The notes under the pieces: model-generated | What the model was told of the DNA's origin: nothing | Database searches by the model: none | Seen by the model: only the letters and a program-made list of their open reading frames with translations | Made by a program: the position numbers and the translations under genes | In this document: piece after piece, positions 23,935-26,147 of the stretch | Layout: every line of letters starts with the position of its first letter | How positions within the stretch are numbered: the stretch's first letter is position 1 | Assembly: GCA_964599925.1 (NCBI GenBank) | Contig: CAZRHN010000005.1 | Coordinates: 2,563-28,709, forward strand | DNA length: 26,147 nt | Direction of reading: 5' to 3' | Source: an uncultured bacterium | Lineage (GTDB): Bacteria > Elusimicrobiota > UBA5214

Positions 23935-24680
23935 AAAATTTTCTTCGTTGGTTAATTACTTTTCTGTTTTATTCCTGTTTGACTGTGATTATCGGTATCT
24001 ATTTACTCCTTTTCCTTAATTTGTCTACTCTGATTGAAGGCTTGAAAAATGAAATTGAATTAACTGTTTTTCTTAAAGATAACCTTACAGCAGAAACTAT
24101 CGGTCAATTAGGAGAAAAATTGCGTCATGATGAAAAAATAGGTAAAGTAAGTTATACCTCTAAAGATGATGCCTTGAAAGAATTCCAAAGTGAGCCTTTA
24201 TTGTCCCGTGCTATTACTATAGTGGGAGAAAATCCTTTACCCGCATCTTTTACAGTTTATCCCCTTACCTATGAGGAGGGAGTAATTTACGAACTTTCTA
24301 CCCGCGTATCTTCTTTCCCGGGGGTAGAAAAAGTTGTTTATAATACGGAAATCTTAGCGAAATACAAGTATTTAACTACTCTTTCAAAATCGTTGAGAGT
24401 ATTTAACTACATTTTTTTAGGGATTGTTTCTCTTATTCTAATTTCTCTTTTTGTGTATACTGCTTATACTTTTTCCTGGGTTAAGTCTTTTCCTATATTA
24501 TTAGAGCAGGTTAGTTTAGTCTTACCAGGAATACTAAGCGGATTAATTCTCCTTTACCTTTTTAGCAAGACCCTAAAAGGAAATATTGTCTTTTTTAATT
24601 TTACCCAGGTATTTTTCTTTTTCTTAGGAATAGTAACTTTAAGCGTTTCTCTCAGTTTCTACCTTAGTCTTCAAAAATAA
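23931..24680 (+). CDS. ftsX: FtsX-like permease (short, divergent C-terminal half)
   Basis: TM1, extracellular loop (VFLKD, YTSKDDALKEF, NPLPASFTV, GVEKV), three further hydrophobic segments; precedes an EnvC-like gene. Confidence 0.75.
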   Translation: MKNFLRWLITFLFYSCLTVIIGIYLLLFLNLSTLIEGLKNEIELTVFLKDNLTAETIGQLGEKLRHDEKIGKVSYTSKDDALKEFQSEPLLSRAITIVGENPLPASFTVYPLTYEEGVIYELSTRVSSFPGVEKVVYNTEILAKYKYLTTLSKSLRVFNYIFLGIVSLILISLFVYTAYTFSWVKSFPILLEQVSLVLPGILSGLILLYLFSKTLKGNIVFFNFTQVFFFFLGIVTLSVSLSFYLSLQK

Positions 24681-24684
24681 AGAG

Positions 24685-25824
24685 ATGCGCCCAAAATACA
24701 TTTTTATAATTTTATTTTTTTCTCTTGCTCGAATTGTATTCGCTCAAGGTTATGACCAACAATTAAAAGAATATGAAAAAGAAATTAAGAGCAAACAAGA
24801 GGAACTCCAAAGGTTGTATAAGGAGATAGAAAAACTTGACCAGGAAACAGAAAAAACTAAAAAGAAAGAAAAAGGTTATTACCAAGAAATAAATAAAGTT
24901 GAAAACGAAATTCGTTTTCTTTTGGATGCATTAAAAAAACTTGAAAATAAGAAAAAGCAAATTGAAAAACAGGTGCAAGAAACAGAAAAAATGTATCAAT
25001 TAACTGAGGAAGAAAGAACTCGTTTAGCAAATCTCCTTAAACAAGAAATAAAATTCTTTTATACTTGGCAGAAATTTTCCCCCGATTTACGTAAAAATTA
25101 TTACCTGCTCAATTTCATTAAACAAAAAGGTAATGTTTATGAACTAACTGAAGACAAGAAAAAGCAAATAGAAAAAAAGAAAAACCTTCTACTTGAAAAA
25201 CGTGAGGAAACTCTACAAGAAAAAGATAAAATACAAAGGCAAGAAAAAACTGTTGTAAATTTGAAAAGAGAAAAAGAACAAATACTTACTCAAGTTAAAA
25301 CCCAACGGGTTACTCAGGAAAAAGAAATTGAGAATCTAAAAAAAGCAACTGCGGATTTAGAAAAATTTATTTTTGATTTAGAAGGGAAGAAAAAAGAAAC
25401 TGAAGAGGCAAAAAAGCAAGCAGTTCTTGCTCGGAAAGCTTTTGCAGAAAAGAAGGGTTATTTACCCTGGCCGGTTTATGGTGAAATAGTGACTAAATTT
25501 GGTAAACAAAGACACCAGGAATTTAACACTTATATTGTTAGCAACGGAATAAAAATTCGCTCAAAGGGAGAAAAAAATGTAAGTGCGGTAGCACAAGGGA
25601 AGGTAGTTTTTGCAGGTAATTTTCAAACTTACGGGAAGATGGTTATTCTTGACCATCAGGGCGGATTTTATAGTATTTACGGTTCACTAAATGAAATCTT
25701 AGTTAAAGAAGGAAAAGACGTCCTCTTAGGGGAACAAATAGGTAATCTTGGTGAAGAATCTTTATATTTTGAATTACGGAGTGAAGGTCAGCCCGTTGAC
25801 CCTTTACCTTGGCTACAAAAGTAA
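24685..25824 (+). CDS. EnvC-like murein hydrolase activator (coiled coil plus degenerate LytM/M23)
   Basis: Signal/TM N-terminus, long coiled coil, LPWPVYG...FG. SNGIKI and LYFELR stand where active M23 enzymes have HxxxD and HxH ligands. Confidence 0.85.
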   Translation: MRPKYIFIILFFSLARIVFAQGYDQQLKEYEKEIKSKQEELQRLYKEIEKLDQETEKTKKKEKGYYQEINKVENEIRFLLDALKKLENKKKQIEKQVQETEKMYQLTEEERTRLANLLKQEIKFFYTWQKFSPDLRKNYYLLNFIKQKGNVYELTEDKKKQIEKKKNLLLEKREETLQEKDKIQRQEKTVVNLKREKEQILTQVKTQRVTQEKEIENLKKATADLEKFIFDLEGKKKETEEAKKQAVLARKAFAEKKGYLPWPVYGEIVTKFGKQRHQEFNTYIVSNGIKIRSKGEKNVSAVAQGKVVFAGNFQTYGKMVILDHQGGFYSIYGSLNEILVKEGKDVLLGEQIGNLGEESLYFELRSEGQPVDPLPWLQK

Positions 25825-25851
25825 AAAATTTTACAGGCTTTTTCTAAGCAC

Positions 25852-25880
25852 TTGACAAACTTCAAAAAATTTGTTAAATT
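25852..25880 (+). promoter_or_regulatory. Sigma70-like promoter upstream of tRNA-Met
   Basis: TTGACA (25852-25857), 17-nt spacer, TAAATT (25875-25880). Confidence 0.65.
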
Positions 25881-25888
25881 AAAAACAA

Positions 25889-26067
25889 TTCCTCTTAAAG
25901 GGGTAGCAGTGACCTCGATGTAACATCGGGGGAACACAATATCCCGACTATTGTCGGGATTTGAGTACGAGTTTAACTCCTCTTAAGGGAATGACAGTGA
26001 AGGCAACTCTGACTAACGAAGTGTCAGAGCGACTGAACGCAATAAAGGGGGTATCCCCTTATTGAGC
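25889..26067. mobile_element. Candidate structured repeat element cluster (two element heads plus short palindromes)
   Basis: TTCCTCTTAAAGGGGT (25889-25904) is identical to 12541-12556; 25978-26067 aligns with 12542-12610 plus 12757-12769; hairpins at 25913-25931 and 25941-25960. Confidence 0.6.
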
Positions 26068-26075
26068 AAGTTTTT

Positions 26076-26147
26076 AGCGGGGTGGAGCAGTTTGGTAGCT
26101 CGTCAGGCTCATAACCTGGAGGTCGTGGGTTCAAATCCCACCCCCGC
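26076..26147 (+). tRNA. tRNA-Met(CAT), initiator-type; last bases cut by the window end
   Basis: Cloverleaf: acceptor GCGGGG/CCCCGC, D-arm GAGC/GCTC with A11-U24, anticodon CAT at 26110-26112, T-arm GTGGG-TTCAAAT-CCCAC. Confidence 0.95.

Noticed and set aside
26076-26147. Window ending inside a tRNA as a sign of an integration site
   Set aside because: No integrase or att duplication is visible within the window; the end may simply be a contig or window boundary.

Overview
A compact, AT-rich bacterial housekeeping region with every supported gene on the + strand, many overlapping or abutting: priA (5' truncated), def, fmt, DUF116, htpX, PASTA protein, rpe, rpsP, khpA, trmD, rplS, YraN, an NMP-kinase/dCMP-deaminase fusion, MBL hydrolase, DUF2851, tRNA nucleotidyltransferase, M50 protease, trpS, scpA, scpB, EF-G2, TIM-barrel protein, GalT-like, glgA, DUF5693, csaB, ftsX, envC-like, and an initiator-type tRNA-Met cut by the window end. 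No transposase, integrase, CRISPR array or prophage gene is visible. The unusual signal lies below gene level. The region carries many short GC-rich palindromic elements from several sequence families and short heptamer tandem arrays, many sitting in-frame inside core genes (def, fmt, rpsP, trmD, rplS, MBL hydrolase, nucleotidyltransferase, trpS). A larger structured element also occurs at two loci, 12541-12770 and 25889-26067. Secondary points are the kinase-deaminase fusion, an FtsX that appears to lack its FtsE-coupling loop with no adjacent ftsE, a GalT-like gene beside glgA, and a csaB/DUF5693 pair. Family assignments come from motif recognition, not database searches. Several starts were moved from the ORF track to better-supported codons.
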